Assembly: GCA_023398815.1 (NCBI GenBank)
Contig: JAEWRW010000049.1
Coordinates: forward strand, 23,983-87,982
Direction: 5' to 3'
DNA from: Bacillota bacterium
GTDB taxonomy: Bacteria; Bacillota; Clostridia; Christensenellales; UMGS416
Length of the DNA stretch: 64,000 nt
The notes under the pieces were generated by a model. That model had not been told where the DNA came from. It was given only the letters and a program-made list of their open reading frames with translations, and searched no databases. The position numbers and the translations under genes were made by a program. Shown here piece by piece: positions 1 to 10,800 of the stretch (positions within the stretch are counted from its first letter, which is position 1; the number at the start of each line of letters is the position of its first letter).

Positions 1-850
1 AGCCGCCCACACCGGACCACCCCGTCAGCATGGCCATGGCCGCGAAACAGCGGTTTTCTGCCAGTGCCCCGAGGCAGGCGTGCAGCGAGCCGTACACCCA
101 CTGCAGCTCGTCGCTGTTCGCCTGCTGGAAATATGCTTCATCGGCCAGGCAGGCAGCGACGGCGTCGTATGCCGCCCAGCCGACGGCCATCCCCGACGTG
201 GTGGTTGGATTCCCCCGCAGCATGCCAGCAAGGTGCCGGAATTCCTCCCCAAATCCGGCGCGCCGTGTCCGCCTACCCGTCACGGCGACCACGCGCAAAC
301 CAATGTCGCCCGACCCAATGCGGTTGCCGTCAAAGCTCAGCACTTCTGAACCGTCGTAACCCGTGATTAGGAGCCATTCTTTGCGGTGGGAGTCGTATGC
401 CATCGCGGGCCATCCGGCATCGATGGAGGCATGTACCACCTCCGCAAGGTTGGCCGTGACATCGGCAAACGAGTACCCAGCAAAGTCCATCACCCGTGCC
501 AGGGCCTCGTCCACGACTGCTTTGTCAAGAAATTGCCATGGGCGGTGCAGGCTATCGATCTTCCAGTCCCAGTTCTGCGGGCGCAGGGGCCAGGGCGTCA
601 GGCATGCCAGACCGGAAAGGGTCAGGTAGAGGTGGTAGACCTGTTCATGCTGCTTTTGCTCCCGTACGAAGCTGCCGCATTCCCCGCATCCCCTGCACAG
701 CCCAGGCCCTTGGCAGCAGTAGAGAGGGCCTAGCGCATCAAACCCCTCAATGGCGCAGACCAGGGACGCAAAGCAGGACAGAAGGCTCACCGACTCGGGG
801 CCACCCCAGGGTGCGCCGGCGGGCATGATGTTCTGCAGTCGTTTCTCCAT
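1..850 (-). CDS. hypothetical Cys-rich protein, truncated by the window edge (first 283 codons present)
   Basis: Absent from the ORF track because it has no stop inside the window. Minus-strand ATG at comp(848-850), preceded by AGGAGG at comp(856-861) with a 5-nt spacer. I translated to base 1 without a stop: MEKRLQNIMPAGAPWGGPES...YCCQGPGLCRGCGECGSF...WLLITGYDG... No family recognised by eye. Confidence 0.6.
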   Translation of the reverse strand, partial: MEKRLQNIMPAGAPWGGPESVSLLSCFASLVCAIEGFDALGPLYCCQGPGLCRGCGECGSFVREQKQHEQVYHLYLTLSGLACLTPWPLRPQNWDWKIDSLHRPWQFLDKAVVDEALARVMDFAGYSFADVTANLAEVVHASIDAGWPAMAYDSHRKEWLLITGYDGSEVLSFDGNRIGSGDIGLRVVAVTGRRTRRAGFGEEFRHLAGMLRGNPTTTSGMAVGWAAYDAVAACLADEAYFQQANSDELQWVYGSLHACLGALAENRCFAAMAMLTGWSGVGG

Positions 851-966
851 GGGTTCCTCCTGCATCTTCTGTCATACGAAATGTATATGTATTCCAATGG
901 ATGTTTGACATATTTGACCCTTGACGGCGTAGAGATAACCAAGAACGATACGGGAGAGGATGAACG

Positions 967-1254
967 ATGGAAGACCGTAAGCTCATGAAGTCCACCAAGG
1001 CCCACACCCTGCACATGGAGAACCGCGAGCGCGTCATTGCCACCGGGGTGGAGGACGTCGACAGCTTCAACGACGTCGAGATCAACTTCCAAACCGAATG
1101 CGGCTACATCACCCTGACGGGCAACGACCTGCACATCAGCCGCCTCAACCTGGAGGATGGGCAGCTCATCGTGGAGGGGGAGATCAACGGCGTGGCCTAC
1201 TCTGGCGAGACGGAGGAGCGGCAGGCCGGGTTGTTCTCGCGGCTGTTCAAATAG
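967..1254 (+). CDS. yabP: sporulation protein YabP
   Basis: 95-aa ORF. The segment ...LHMENRERVIATGVEDVDSFND...ITLTGNDLHISRLNLEDGQLIVEGEINGV fits the YabP pattern. yabQ follows immediately, as in Bacillus and Clostridia. Confidence 0.9.
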   Translation: MEDRKLMKSTKAHTLHMENRERVIATGVEDVDSFNDVEINFQTECGYITLTGNDLHISRLNLEDGQLIVEGEINGVAYSGETEERQAGLFSRLFK

Positions 1255-1255
1255 C

Positions 1256-1633
1256 ATGGGGCCGGCGCTCTTTGGCACCAGCAACCAGGGGTGGGTGTTC
1301 CTGTTCATGGTCTATGGCGGCGTCGTTCTGGGGCTGCTCTATGACCTTGTGACCGTCGCCCGGCGGATGCTGCACATCGGCGGGCTTTGGGTGGCGTTGG
1401 TCGACCTTGTTTACTGGCTGGCGGCCACAGCGGTGGCGTTCGGCTTCCTCTACCTGGCGGGACAGGGGGAGTTCCGGCTGTACCATGTGCTGGGCTTCGC
1501 GCTGGGTGCTGCGCTCTACGCCCTGGGGCCTGGGCGGCTGCTGGACGCGGCACTACGCCGCCTCATCCGCCTGTGGCGGGGGCTACTGGCGCGATTCCGG
1601 CAGACTATGCTCTACCGCTTCCTTTCGAAATAG
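1256..1633 (+). CDS. yabQ: spore cortex biosynthesis protein YabQ
   Basis: In-frame ATG at 1256, 2 nt after the yabP stop, preferred over the track start at 1157. 125-aa membrane protein with GLLYDLVTVARR...DLVYWL...GEFRLYHVLGFALGAALY, typical of YabQ. Confidence 0.75.
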   Translation: MGPALFGTSNQGWVFLFMVYGGVVLGLLYDLVTVARRMLHIGGLWVALVDLVYWLAATAVAFGFLYLAGQGEFRLYHVLGFALGAALYALGPGRLLDAALRRLIRLWRGLLARFRQTMLYRFLSK

Positions 1634-3008
1634 CCTCCAAAATGAAGGGGGAGGCCTGCTCCACACTGCCGGCGCCCAGGGTCAGCACCACGTCGCCGGG
1701 TTGGCACCCTTCGGCCAGCAGGGCCGCGGCCGCGGCAAAGTCCGGCGCGTACCGGGCGAAGGCGCGGCCGCTTATTTCGTTGATGGCATCGCTCAGCATC
1801 TGGGAGCTGATGTCGCCGGGATCCTGCTCCCGCGCGGCATAAATGTCGATGAGCACCAGGTCGTCGGCTGCGTCAAACGCCTGGGTAAAGGGCCCGAACA
1901 GCGTCTTTGTGCGGGTGTAGGTGTGGGGTTGGAAGAGGCAGTGCAGCTTGCGGTGGGGCAACAAGGCAGCGGCCTCCAGCGTGGCGCGCACCTCGGCGGG
2001 GTGGTGGGCGTAATCGTGGTAGACGGTGACCCCGGCTACCTCACCCACCTTCTGGAAGCGGCGGTCAGCACCGGTGTACCCCTCCAGCGCCAAGGCGGCG
2101 TCGGCGGGGGCAACCCCGCAGGCATGGGCCGCCGCGATGGCCGCGAGAGCGTTGTACACATTGTGCCGGCCGGGCACCCGCAGGCGCACCGGGCAGACGG
2201 CCCTGCCATCGTGCCACAGCGTGAACTGATGAGAGCCATCGGCCTGCACGGCGATGTCAGCGGCGTGCCAATCCAGCCCATCGCCCATGCCGAAGGTGTG
2301 GCAGGGGCAGGGTGCCTCGCGGCCAATGGCCAGCGCCAACGGGTCGTCGCCGTTCACCAGACACCCGCCGTCGGCGGGCAACTTGGCGACGAACGTGCGG
2401 AAGGCGTTCTCAATGTGCGCAAGATCGCGGTAGTAGTCGAGGTGATCCTCGTCGATGTTCAGCAGCACCGCCACCGTCGGCGGGAACTTCAGGAAGCTCT
2501 CCTTGTACTCATCGGCTTCGGTGATGAAGTAATCCGTGCCGCCCACCAGCACGGACCCACCGATGTTGGGCAGCACCGCGCCGATGTGGATGGTCGGGTT
2601 CTTGTGGCACCCCACCATGATGGTGGAGAGCATAGAGGTGCAGGTGCTCTTGCCGTGCATGCCGGCCACACCCACCGACACCCGGTAGCGCCGGATGATC
2701 GCGCCCAGCAGTTCGTCCCGCCGGATGGTCTGCACGCCAGCGGCCTGGGCGGCCGTGAGCTCGGGGTTATCAGCGGCGATGGCCGCGGTGTAGACGACAA
2801 GGCTGGCACCTTTGTGCTGGCCGGCGTGGTGGCCCACAAACACCTGCGCCCCCAGGGCTCGCAGGTGGTCGAGGGTGGGGGAGTCGCTGCGGTCAGAGCC
2901 GGAGACCGGGATGCCCCAGGTCATGAGTATTTGGGCAAGGCCGCTCATGCTGATGCCGCCAATGCCAATGAAGTGCACTTTTTTCTGTTCGGTCAACCGC
3001 AGTTCCAT
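1605..3008 (-). CDS. murC: UDP-N-acetylmuramate--L-alanine ligase
   Basis: Track ORF trimmed to ATG at comp(3006-3008), which has a GGAGGA RBS. HFIGIGGISMSGLA N-terminal fold and GMHGKST P-loop of Mur ligases. Confidence 0.95.
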   Translation of the reverse strand: MELRLTEQKKVHFIGIGGISMSGLAQILMTWGIPVSGSDRSDSPTLDHLRALGAQVFVGHHAGQHKGASLVVYTAAIAADNPELTAAQAAGVQTIRRDELLGAIIRRYRVSVGVAGMHGKSTCTSMLSTIMVGCHKNPTIHIGAVLPNIGGSVLVGGTDYFITEADEYKESFLKFPPTVAVLLNIDEDHLDYYRDLAHIENAFRTFVAKLPADGGCLVNGDDPLALAIGREAPCPCHTFGMGDGLDWHAADIAVQADGSHQFTLWHDGRAVCPVRLRVPGRHNVYNALAAIAAAHACGVAPADAALALEGYTGADRRFQKVGEVAGVTVYHDYAHHPAEVRATLEAAALLPHRKLHCLFQPHTYTRTKTLFGPFTQAFDAADDLVLIDIYAAREQDPGDISSQMLSDAINEISGRAFARYAPDFAAAAALLAEGCQPGDVVLTLGAGSVEQASPFILEAISKGSGRA

Positions 3009-3215
3009 ATTTCCTCCGGGTTTGGCAAAATGATCTGCTGTATTATACTCCAACGCCTGGTGGGGTATCAATGCTTTTCCCCAGCCCGCCTTTCCACCCT
3101 TGGCGTTTGCCAGATTTGGCCACACATGTTTCATTTTGAAAAAGGGTGGAAATCATCAGGAAAACGAATTATAATGAGCCTGAGAACCCGAACATTCGGG
3201 TATGGGAGGCATTCA

Positions 3216-4046
3216 ATGGACAAGGTGAAGCGCAACGAACGCATTGGCGCTATGATCAAAATACTCTCCAACGCTCCGAACCGCAGCTTTACCCTGACCT
3301 ATTTCAGCGAGCTGTTCGGCTCGGCCAAGTCCACCATCAGCGAGGACATCGACATCGCGCGGGATACGCTGGAGAAATATGGCCTGGGCACGCTGCGCAC
3401 GGTGACGGGCGCGTCGGGTGGCGTGCTGTATTTGCCCCAGCCCTCACCGGAGGATTCGGCCCAGTACATCGGCCGCCTGTGCCGCCAACTGGAGGACCCG
3501 GGCCGCATTTTGCCGGGAGGGTTCCTTTACATGCTGGATCTTCTGAGCGAGCCGACGGTGCTGACCCGCATGGCCGAGATTTTGAGCGGCTGGTATGTGC
3601 ACCTGCAGCCCGATTTTGTGCTGACGGTGGAGACAAAAGGCATCCCCGTGGCATTGATGACGGCGAAATATCTCAGTGTCCCGTTGATAATTGCCAGAAG
3701 AGACGCTAAAATAACCGATGGCTCTGTTGTCACGATCAATTACGTCACCGGCTCCACCCGCAGCATCCAGACGATGTCGTTGCCCAAGCGCTACATCCGG
3801 GAGGGGCAAAAGGCGCTGATCGTGGATGACTTCATGAAGGGCGGCGGAACGGCGAAGGGGCTGGTCGACCTGATGCATGAGTTCAACGTGGACGTGGTGG
3901 GTACCGCCATGGTCATGTCCACGGTGGAACCGAGCCCCAAGCTCATTGGGGAGTATCGGTCGCTCATGATGCTTCACAACGTGGATGAGGCGAATCACGT
4001 TGTGGATGTGCAGCCCAGCCAGTGGCTGACCCAGGGCCAACCGTGA
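3216..4046 (+). CDS. purR: pur operon repressor PurR
   Basis: ATG at 3216 after GGGAGG. N-terminal PurR DNA-binding region (KRNERIGAMIKIL) and C-terminal PRTase fold with ALIVDDFMKGGGT. Only the last 276 codons of the 879-aa track ORF are used. Confidence 0.9.
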   Translation: MDKVKRNERIGAMIKILSNAPNRSFTLTYFSELFGSAKSTISEDIDIARDTLEKYGLGTLRTVTGASGGVLYLPQPSPEDSAQYIGRLCRQLEDPGRILPGGFLYMLDLLSEPTVLTRMAEILSGWYVHLQPDFVLTVETKGIPVALMTAKYLSVPLIIARRDAKITDGSVVTINYVTGSTRSIQTMSLPKRYIREGQKALIVDDFMKGGGTAKGLVDLMHEFNVDVVGTAMVMSTVEPSPKLIGEYRSLMMLHNVDEANHVVDVQPSQWLTQGQP

Positions 4047-4057
4047 GGGAGAGAAGC

Positions 4058-5425
4058 ATGAAGGTAAAAGCAGTGATTCTGGCGGCGGGGGAAGGCAAAC
4101 GCATGAAGAGCGACCTGCCCAAGCCACTCCATCGACTGTGCGGCCGGTCGCTTGTGCAGTGGGCGATGGCCAGCGTTTCTGGCTGTGACCCCAACCCGGT
4201 GGTGGTGGTGGGCCACGGCGCCCAGCAGGTGCAGGCCGCCTTGGAAGGCAGCGGCGCGGCCTTTGCCGAGCAGCGGGAGCAGAAGGGTACCGGCCACGCC
4301 GTCATGATGGCGCGAGATCAGATTGCCGACGCCGACGCCATCTTGGTGGTGGCGGGGGATATGCCGCTCATCCGGCCGGAGACGATCGCCGCGCTGGTGG
4401 AGGGCGTAGCGGGTGGCAATGACATCACCATGCTCACCGTGGTGGCCCCCAACCCCACCGGTTATGGTCGGGTGCTGCGTGACGAGGCTGACAACATCGT
4501 CGCCATTGTGGAGCAACGCGACGCCACCCCCGCCCAGCAGCGCATTTGCGAGGTCAACACCTCTGTCTATTGCTTCCGGCGGGAGGTACTGTTCAAGGCC
4601 CTGGGGCAGCTGAAGGCTGACAACGCCCAAGGGGAGCTTTATCTGACCGACGCCATCAAATTGACCGCCGAGGCAGGCGGCACCATCACCGCTGTGCAGG
4701 GCGACTTCACCGAGGGCATGGGCATCAACGACCGTGCCCAGCTGGCCGAGGCGGCCGCCGTGCTGCGAGCCCGCATCAACCGCACCCACCTTTTGAATGG
4801 CGTCACCCTCGTTGACCCCCAACAGACTTACATCGACTGGGATGTGCGCATCGGACGGGACACCGTCGTTTACCCCGGCAACACGTTGGAGGCTGGTGCC
4901 GTCATCGGCGAGGGCTGCACCCTTTACCCGGGCAGCCGCATCGTCGCCAGCACCATCGGCAATCACGTGGACATCACTTCCTCCGTTATCACCGAAACCA
5001 CCATTGGCGACCACTGCCACATCGGGCCCTTTGCTTACACCCGGCCCGGCAGCCGCATCGGCAGCGACATTAAGATCGGCGACTTTGTGGAGATTAAGAA
5101 CGCGACCATTGGCGACGGCACTAAGATTTCTCACCTGACCTACGTGGGCGACGCCGACGTGGGCAGCAATGTGAACCTTGGTTGTGGCGTCGTTTTCAGC
5201 AATTATGACGGGCAGAAAAAGTACCGCGTCACTGTGGAGGACGGTGCTTTCATTGGCTGCAACACCAACCTGGTGGCACCCGTTCACGTGGGCCGTAATG
5301 CCTACACCGCCGCCGGCAGCACCATCACCGAGGACATCCCCGACGACGCGCTGGCCATCGCACGCAGCCGTCAGACCAACAAAGAAGGCTGGGTTACCAG
5401 ACGCAAGGGAGGCAACAACAAATGA
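4058..5425 (+). CDS. glmU: bifunctional UDP-N-acetylglucosamine diphosphorylase / glucosamine-1-phosphate N-acetyltransferase
   Basis: ATG at 4058 after [27 protein letters not shown] nucleotidyltransferase domain and C-terminal hexapeptide-repeat beta-helix. ATGA overlap with prs. Confidence 0.95.
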   Translation: MKVKAVILAAGEGKRMKSDLPKPLHRLCGRSLVQWAMASVSGCDPNPVVVVGHGAQQVQAALEGSGAAFAEQREQKGTGHAVMMARDQIADADAILVVAGDMPLIRPETIAALVEGVAGGNDITMLTVVAPNPTGYGRVLRDEADNIVAIVEQRDATPAQQRICEVNTSVYCFRREVLFKALGQLKADNAQGELYLTDAIKLTAEAGGTITAVQGDFTEGMGINDRAQLAEAAAVLRARINRTHLLNGVTLVDPQQTYIDWDVRIGRDTVVYPGNTLEAGAVIGEGCTLYPGSRIVASTIGNHVDITSSVITETTIGDHCHIGPFAYTRPGSRIGSDIKIGDFVEIKNATIGDGTKISHLTYVGDADVGSNVNLGCGVVFSNYDGQKKYRVTVEDGAFIGCNTNLVAPVHVGRNAYTAAGSTITEDIPDDALAIARSRQTNKEGWVTRRKGGNNK

Positions 5426-6423
5426 GGTACGGCAACATCAAGATCTTCACCGGCAACGCGAACCCCGACCTGGCGCGCGAGATCGCCGAGGTTCTGGGGC
5501 TGCCCGTGGGGCAGAACGCGGTCGGTCGCTTCAGCGACGGCGAGATCTTTGTCAATACCTTTGAGACGGTTCGCGGCTGTGACATCTTTGTGGTGCAGCC
5601 CACCTGTACCCCGGTCAACGAGAACCTGATGGAAATGCTCATCATGATCGACTCCTTCAAGCGCGCCTCGGCCGGGCGCATCACCGCGGTCATTCCCTAC
5701 TACGGCTATGCCCGGCAGGACCGAAAGACCAAGGCCCGCGACCCGATCACCGCGAAGCTGGTGGCTGATCTCATCAACGCCGCCGGGGCCGACCGGGTGC
5801 TGACGATGGACATGCACGCTCTGCAGATTCAGGGGTTCTTCAACATCCCCGTGGATCACATGCTGGGCATGCCCATCCTGGTGGAGCATTACAAGAGCAT
5901 CAACTTTGTGGGGGACGACATGGTCGTCGTCTCGCCGGATTTGGGCAGCGTCACCCGCGCCCGCGCCTTTGCTGAGCAGATCAGCGCGCCGCTGGCGATC
6001 ATCGACAAGCGTCGCCCCAAGGCCAACATGTCGGAGGTCATGAACCTCATCGGCGACGTAAAGGGCAAGCGCGCCATCCTGGTCGATGACATGATCGACA
6101 CCGCCGGCACCATCGTCAATGGCGCGGCGGCCCTCATGGAGAAGGGCGCGGCCGAGGTGTACGCTTGCTGTACCCATGGCGTGCTTTCCGGCCCGGCCAT
6201 TGAGCGCATTGAGAAGTCTGTCATCAAGGAGCTGGTGGTGACCAACACCGTGCCCCTGGCGCCGGAGAAGCGTATTCCCAAGATCAAGGTTCTCTCGGTC
6301 GCCCGGGTCTTTGCCGAGGCCATCGAGCGGATCTATGAGGACCTGCCGGTGAGCTCGCTCTTCACCCATGCACCGTCGGCCGTGCGGCCCATCTCCCTCC
6401 TGCACAAGGAGGAAATGGAGTGA
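5422..6423 (+). CDS. prs: ribose-phosphate pyrophosphokinase
   Basis: [29 protein letters not shown] and the PRPP loop [10 protein letters not shown]. Confidence 0.95.
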   Translation: MRYGNIKIFTGNANPDLAREIAEVLGLPVGQNAVGRFSDGEIFVNTFETVRGCDIFVVQPTCTPVNENLMEMLIMIDSFKRASAGRITAVIPYYGYARQDRKTKARDPITAKLVADLINAAGADRVLTMDMHALQIQGFFNIPVDHMLGMPILVEHYKSINFVGDDMVVVSPDLGSVTRARAFAEQISAPLAIIDKRRPKANMSEVMNLIGDVKGKRAILVDDMIDTAGTIVNGAAALMEKGAAEVYACCTHGVLSGPAIERIEKSVIKELVVTNTVPLAPEKRIPKIKVLSVARVFAEAIERIYEDLPVSSLFTHAPSAVRPISLLHKEEME

Positions 6424-7151
6424 GCCAGACCCAGCGCACCACATTGCTCTTTGACCTGGACGGCACGCTGCTGCCGATGGACCGGGAGGAGTTCACCCGC
6501 GCCTATCTGCCGGCGATCTCGGCCCACGGGGCGGCGTTTGCCGAGCCCAAGGCCCTGGCGGCGGCCATCTGGGGCGGATGTGTGGACATGATGAAGGCGA
6601 CCGGCCCCGAGGAGACGCTGGAACAGGTGTTTTGGCGGGGTTTCACGGCCCGTTGCGGCCTCGCGCAGGCGACGGTGGAGGAGTGCTTTGAGGACTATTA
6701 CCGCTCCCCGGCCTTTGACGCGCTGCAAAATATGACGCCGGCGGAACCGCTGGCCCCAGCCATCGTGGTGGCGGCCAAGGCTTCTGGCCGCCGGGTGGTG
6801 TTGGCCACCAGTCCGCTCTTCCCACGCATCGCCACCGAAAAGCGCATCCGTTGGGCGGGGCTCAACCCCGAGGACTTCGAGCACATCACCACCTTTGAGG
6901 ACTATCACGCCGCCAAGCCCCATCGGCAGTATTTTGAGGAACTGCTGGCGCGGTTGGGCGTGACGGGCGAGGAGTGTGTGATGATCGGCAACGACGCGCG
7001 GGAGGACCTGCCCGCCCCCAAGGCACTGGGGATGGAGACGTTCTTTGTGACCAACCACGCCATCCTGCCGGAGGGTGTGACACCTCAAGCTGACTACGAG
7101 GGTGTCTATCAAGATCTTCTCGATTACCTGCGGGCGTTGCCCCGGCTGTAA
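6420..7151 (+). CDS. HAD-family hydrolase
   Basis: GTG start overlapping the prs stop (GTGA). Motif I is [10 protein letters not shown], with a late GNDAREDL motif. Confidence 0.8.
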   Translation: MSQTQRTTLLFDLDGTLLPMDREEFTRAYLPAISAHGAAFAEPKALAAAIWGGCVDMMKATGPEETLEQVFWRGFTARCGLAQATVEECFEDYYRSPAFDALQNMTPAEPLAPAIVVAAKASGRRVVLATSPLFPRIATEKRIRWAGLNPEDFEHITTFEDYHAAKPHRQYFEELLARLGVTGEECVMIGNDAREDLPAPKALGMETFFVTNHAILPEGVTPQADYEGVYQDLLDYLRALPRL

Positions 7152-7160
7152 GGAGGCGTC

Positions 7161-7724
7161 ATGTTTTTGGTCGCCGGCCTGGGCAACCCCGGCCTGCAAT
7201 ACGAACAAACCCGGCATAACATGGGCTATTGGGCGCTGGATGAACTGTCGGAGCTGTGGAAGCTGCGCTTTACTGGCGAGCGGTTCCATGGGTATTTGGC
7301 CACCGGCCGGGTGGCGGGTGACGCGGTGGCGCTCCTCAAACCCACGACCTTTATGAACAACAGCGGGCAGAGCCTGCTGGCCGCCATGCGCCACTACAAG
7401 CTCCTGCCGCAGGAGATCATCGTCATCTACGACGACCTGGACCTGCCGGTGGGCAAGATCCGCGTGCGTGTGAAGGGCGGCCCCGGTACCCACAACGGCA
7501 TGCGTTCCATCGTGGGGGACTTGGGCAGTGAGGACTTTCCTCGCATCCGCATCGGCATTGGCCAGCCGGCACAGAAGGGCGACCTCATCGATTTTGTGCT
7601 GGGGCGGCCCGAAGGGGAGGAGCGCGACCTCTTGAAGGCCGCCGCCCGCAAGGCCGCAGAGGCCGCCGACGCCATCGTGCGCCTGGGGTTGGAGTCCGCC
7701 ATGCAGCGCCACAATCGAGGATAA
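7161..7724 (+). CDS. pth: peptidyl-tRNA hydrolase
   Basis: MFLVAGLGNPG...TRHNMG signature, 187 aa. Confidence 0.95.
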   Translation: MFLVAGLGNPGLQYEQTRHNMGYWALDELSELWKLRFTGERFHGYLATGRVAGDAVALLKPTTFMNNSGQSLLAAMRHYKLLPQEIIVIYDDLDLPVGKIRVRVKGGPGTHNGMRSIVGDLGSEDFPRIRIGIGQPAQKGDLIDFVLGRPEGEERDLLKAAARKAAEAADAIVRLGLESAMQRHNRG

Positions 7725-7730
7725 TTCCCC

Positions 7731-7759
7731 TTCACCTTGCGGGTCAAATCGGGTATACT
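7731..7759 (+). promoter_or_regulatory. putative sigma-A promoter for mfd (TTCACC-17-TATACT)
   Basis: -35-like TTCACC at 7731-7736, a 17-nt spacer, and TATACT at 7754-7759. The same TATACT -10 recurs in several intergenic regions of this window. Confidence 0.45.
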
Positions 7760-7879
7760 GGTTGGGCGGTCGGTTTCGGCCGCCCAAAAGAATATCTGCC
7801 GCACACCAACCCAGGGGTCGGAAACGCCTTGGTTTGGCGCGTTGTTGCGTCAAGGGGGCGGCACAAAACGGAGTTTGCC

Positions 7880-10800
7880 ATGGAGAAAGCAATTTTCACC
7901 GCCCTGTATGAGACGGGCGCATGGCAGCGGCTGGAGGAATGCATCCGGGGAGGGCAAATGCCCTGCTCGGCATTCGGTCTTGTGGAGACCCGCCGCAGCC
8001 ACCTGGCCGCCGCCCTGCGCCTGCGGGGGGGCCGGCCCGTGATCCTGGTGACCCACACCGACGTGCGGGCCGCCCGCCTGGCAGAGGATCTGTCCTCCCT
8101 GTTGGGGGCAGATTGCCCGGTGTTCCCGTCTCGCCCGGCGATGATACGCAAGGTGGCCGCCGCCAGCCGCGACATTGGGAGCCGCAGGCTTGGCGTGCTG
8201 GCCGGCGCGCTGGCAGGCACCGTGCCCATCGTCGTGACGACGGTGGAAGCATTGGCCTACCCGCTGGCACCACCCTCGGCCTTCGTGGCCGGGGCGCTGA
8301 CTGTGCGCGTGGGGCAGCAGGTGCGCCAGAAGGACATGCTGGCCGCGCTCACCATGGCCGGCTACACCCGGGAGGAACGGGCTGAAGGCCCCGGCCAGTT
8401 TGCCGTGCGCGGCGGCATTGTGGATATCTTCCCCCAAGGAGCCGAGCTACCGGCCCGGCTGGAGTTCTTTGGTGACGAAATTGACATGATCCGCCTCTTT
8501 GACCCCTGGAGCCAGCGGTCAGAGGGGAGCGTCAAGGAGCTTGCCATCTTCCCGGCGACCGAGGTACCGCTGGACGGGGCCGCCACCGAGCGTGGCGCGA
8601 CGGCGCTGCACCAAGCGGCGGAGGACACCCGCAAGGCCCTGCGGAAGCTGGCGGACAAGGAAGGCCACAAGCAGGCCGGTTACTCCGTGGCCGAGCCGCC
8701 CGAGGAGCGAATGGCAAATGCCGCCGAGGAAAGTGTGGCAAACCTGCTGACCGGCGGTACCTATGAAGGCATTGAGAATCATCTGCCACTCTACTACGAG
8801 CGCACCGCCCTGCTGTGGGACTTCTTTGCCGACTCGCTGGTGGTGGTGGAGGAACCCAACCGCATTGGCGAAGCGCTGACCAACTGGCAGAAGGAATACG
8901 CCGTGGAGTACCGCGACGCGCTGACCGCCGGTGAGGCATACACCCTGCAGGAGCACCTGCCCCTGGATTGGGAGGGTTTGGCCGAGCGGCTGCCGCGTAC
9001 CGGCCTTGTCACCCTGCAGGACCTGACCCGTGACAGCGGCCTCAAGCCCAAGGCGACGGTGCGTTTTACCGGCCGCGACTTGCCCAGCTATCGCGCCCAA
9101 ATAGAAACGCTGGCCAACGACATCCGCCGCTGGCGGGCGGAGCATTGGCGAATCGTCATCTTCTCCGGCACCGAGAAGCGCGCCCAGCGCCTGGCGGAGA
9201 CGCTGATGGACCTGCAGGTTCCTGCCGTGGCAATCAGCCAGGACAGGCCCGTCAACCCCGGCGAGGTTGTGGTGCTCTCCACCGGCCTGCGCCAGGGCTT
9301 TGAGGATCCGGAGAACCGCTTTGTGCTGCTGGGGGAGACCGAGGTGTTCGGCTCCTCCCGCCAGAAGAAGAAGCCTGTGGCTCGCAGCAGTCGGCGCACC
9401 ATGGATCTCTTCGCCGACCTGGTGGTGGGCGACTACATCGTGCATGAGTCCCACGGCATCGGCGTGTTCAGGGGTGTCGTCAAGCTGACCACCGAGGGCC
9501 AGACACGGGACTATATGGACATCGAGTACCGCGGCGGCGACAAGCTCTATGTGCCCACCGAGCAGATGGATCGGGTGGAGAAATACATCGGCATGGAGAG
9601 CGCCGCCCCCAAGGTCAGCCGCCTGGGCGGGGCCGACTGGGAGCACGCCAAGCAGAAGGTGCGTGCCAAGGTTGCCGGCATGGCCGAGGAGCTCATCAAG
9701 CTCTATGCCGCGCGGGAGGCGACCAAGGGCCATGCCTATGGCACCGACGACGAGTGGCAGGCCCAGTTTGAAAACGCCTTCCCCTATGAGGAGACGCCTG
9801 ACCAGCTGCGCTCTATTGCCGAGATCAAAGAGGATATGGAGAGCGGCCGGGTGATGGACCGGCTGCTGTGCGGCGACGTGGGCTACGGCAAGACCGAGGT
9901 GGCCATGCGCGCGGCCTTCAAGGCTGTGATGGGCGGCAAACAGGTGGCGGTGCTGGTGCCCACCACCGTGCTGGCCTACCAGCACTTCAACACCATCACC
10001 GAGCGCTTCGCAGATTTTGACATCCACTGCGAGATGCTCTCCCGCTTCCGCTCCGCCGCCGAGCAGAAGGACATCCTCCGCCGGGTATCAACGGGCGAAC
10101 TGGACATCGTCATCGGCACCCACCGCCTGCTCTCCAAGGATGTGAAGTTCAAGGACCTGGGTCTGCTGGTGGTGGACGAAGAGCAACGCTTCGGCGTCAC
10201 CCACAAGGAGCGCATCAAGCAGCTCAAAACGGCCATCGACGTGCTGACAATGACGGCCACGCCCATCCCGCGCACACTCCACATGTCCATGAGCGGTATC
10301 CGCGACATCTCGGTCATCGAGACGCCGCCGGAGGAGCGTCAGCCTGTACAGACCTACGTCATTGAGTACCATGACGATCTCATCCGCGACGCCATATTGA
10401 AGGAGTTGAGCCGCGGCGGGCAGGTGTACTACCTCTACAACCGGGTGGACTCCATGCCCATGTTTGCCCGCCAGCTCATGAGCCTGGTGCCCGAGGCACG
10501 GGTGGCCGTAGCCCACGGTCAGATGGCAGACGGTGAGTTGGAAAAAGTGATGGTCGATTTCTACCACGCCGAGTACGACATTCTGCTCAGCACCACCATC
10601 ATTGAGAATGGCCTGGACATCCCGCGGGTCAACACCCTCATCGTCTACGACGCCGACCGCTTCGGCCTCTCCCAGCTCTACCAGTTGCGCGGGCGGGTGG
10701 GGCGATCCAACCGCCAGGCCTATGCCTACTTCACCTACCGGCGCGATAAGGTGCTGACCGAGGTGGCCGAGAAGCGCCTCAACGCCATTCGGGAGTTTAC

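Noticed and set aside
1407-3215. N-terminal ~600 codons of the 879-aa plus-strand track ORF (1407-4046).
   Set aside because: This part is antisense to murC. It is Gly/Ala/Arg/Val-rich low-information sequence and has no RBS. Only the final 276 codons, from ATG 3216, match PurR.
3995-5287. 430-aa minus-strand ORF opposite glmU. Similar long antisense ORFs are at 6333-7892, 8519-10027, 11153-12505, 12878-14269, 20349-21251, 21702-22754, 43464-44633 and 45195-46484.
   Set aside because: These are shadow ORFs expected in GC-rich DNA. Each lies opposite a gene with clear family motifs. They have biased Gly/Arg/His/Pro composition and no recognisable motifs or RBS.
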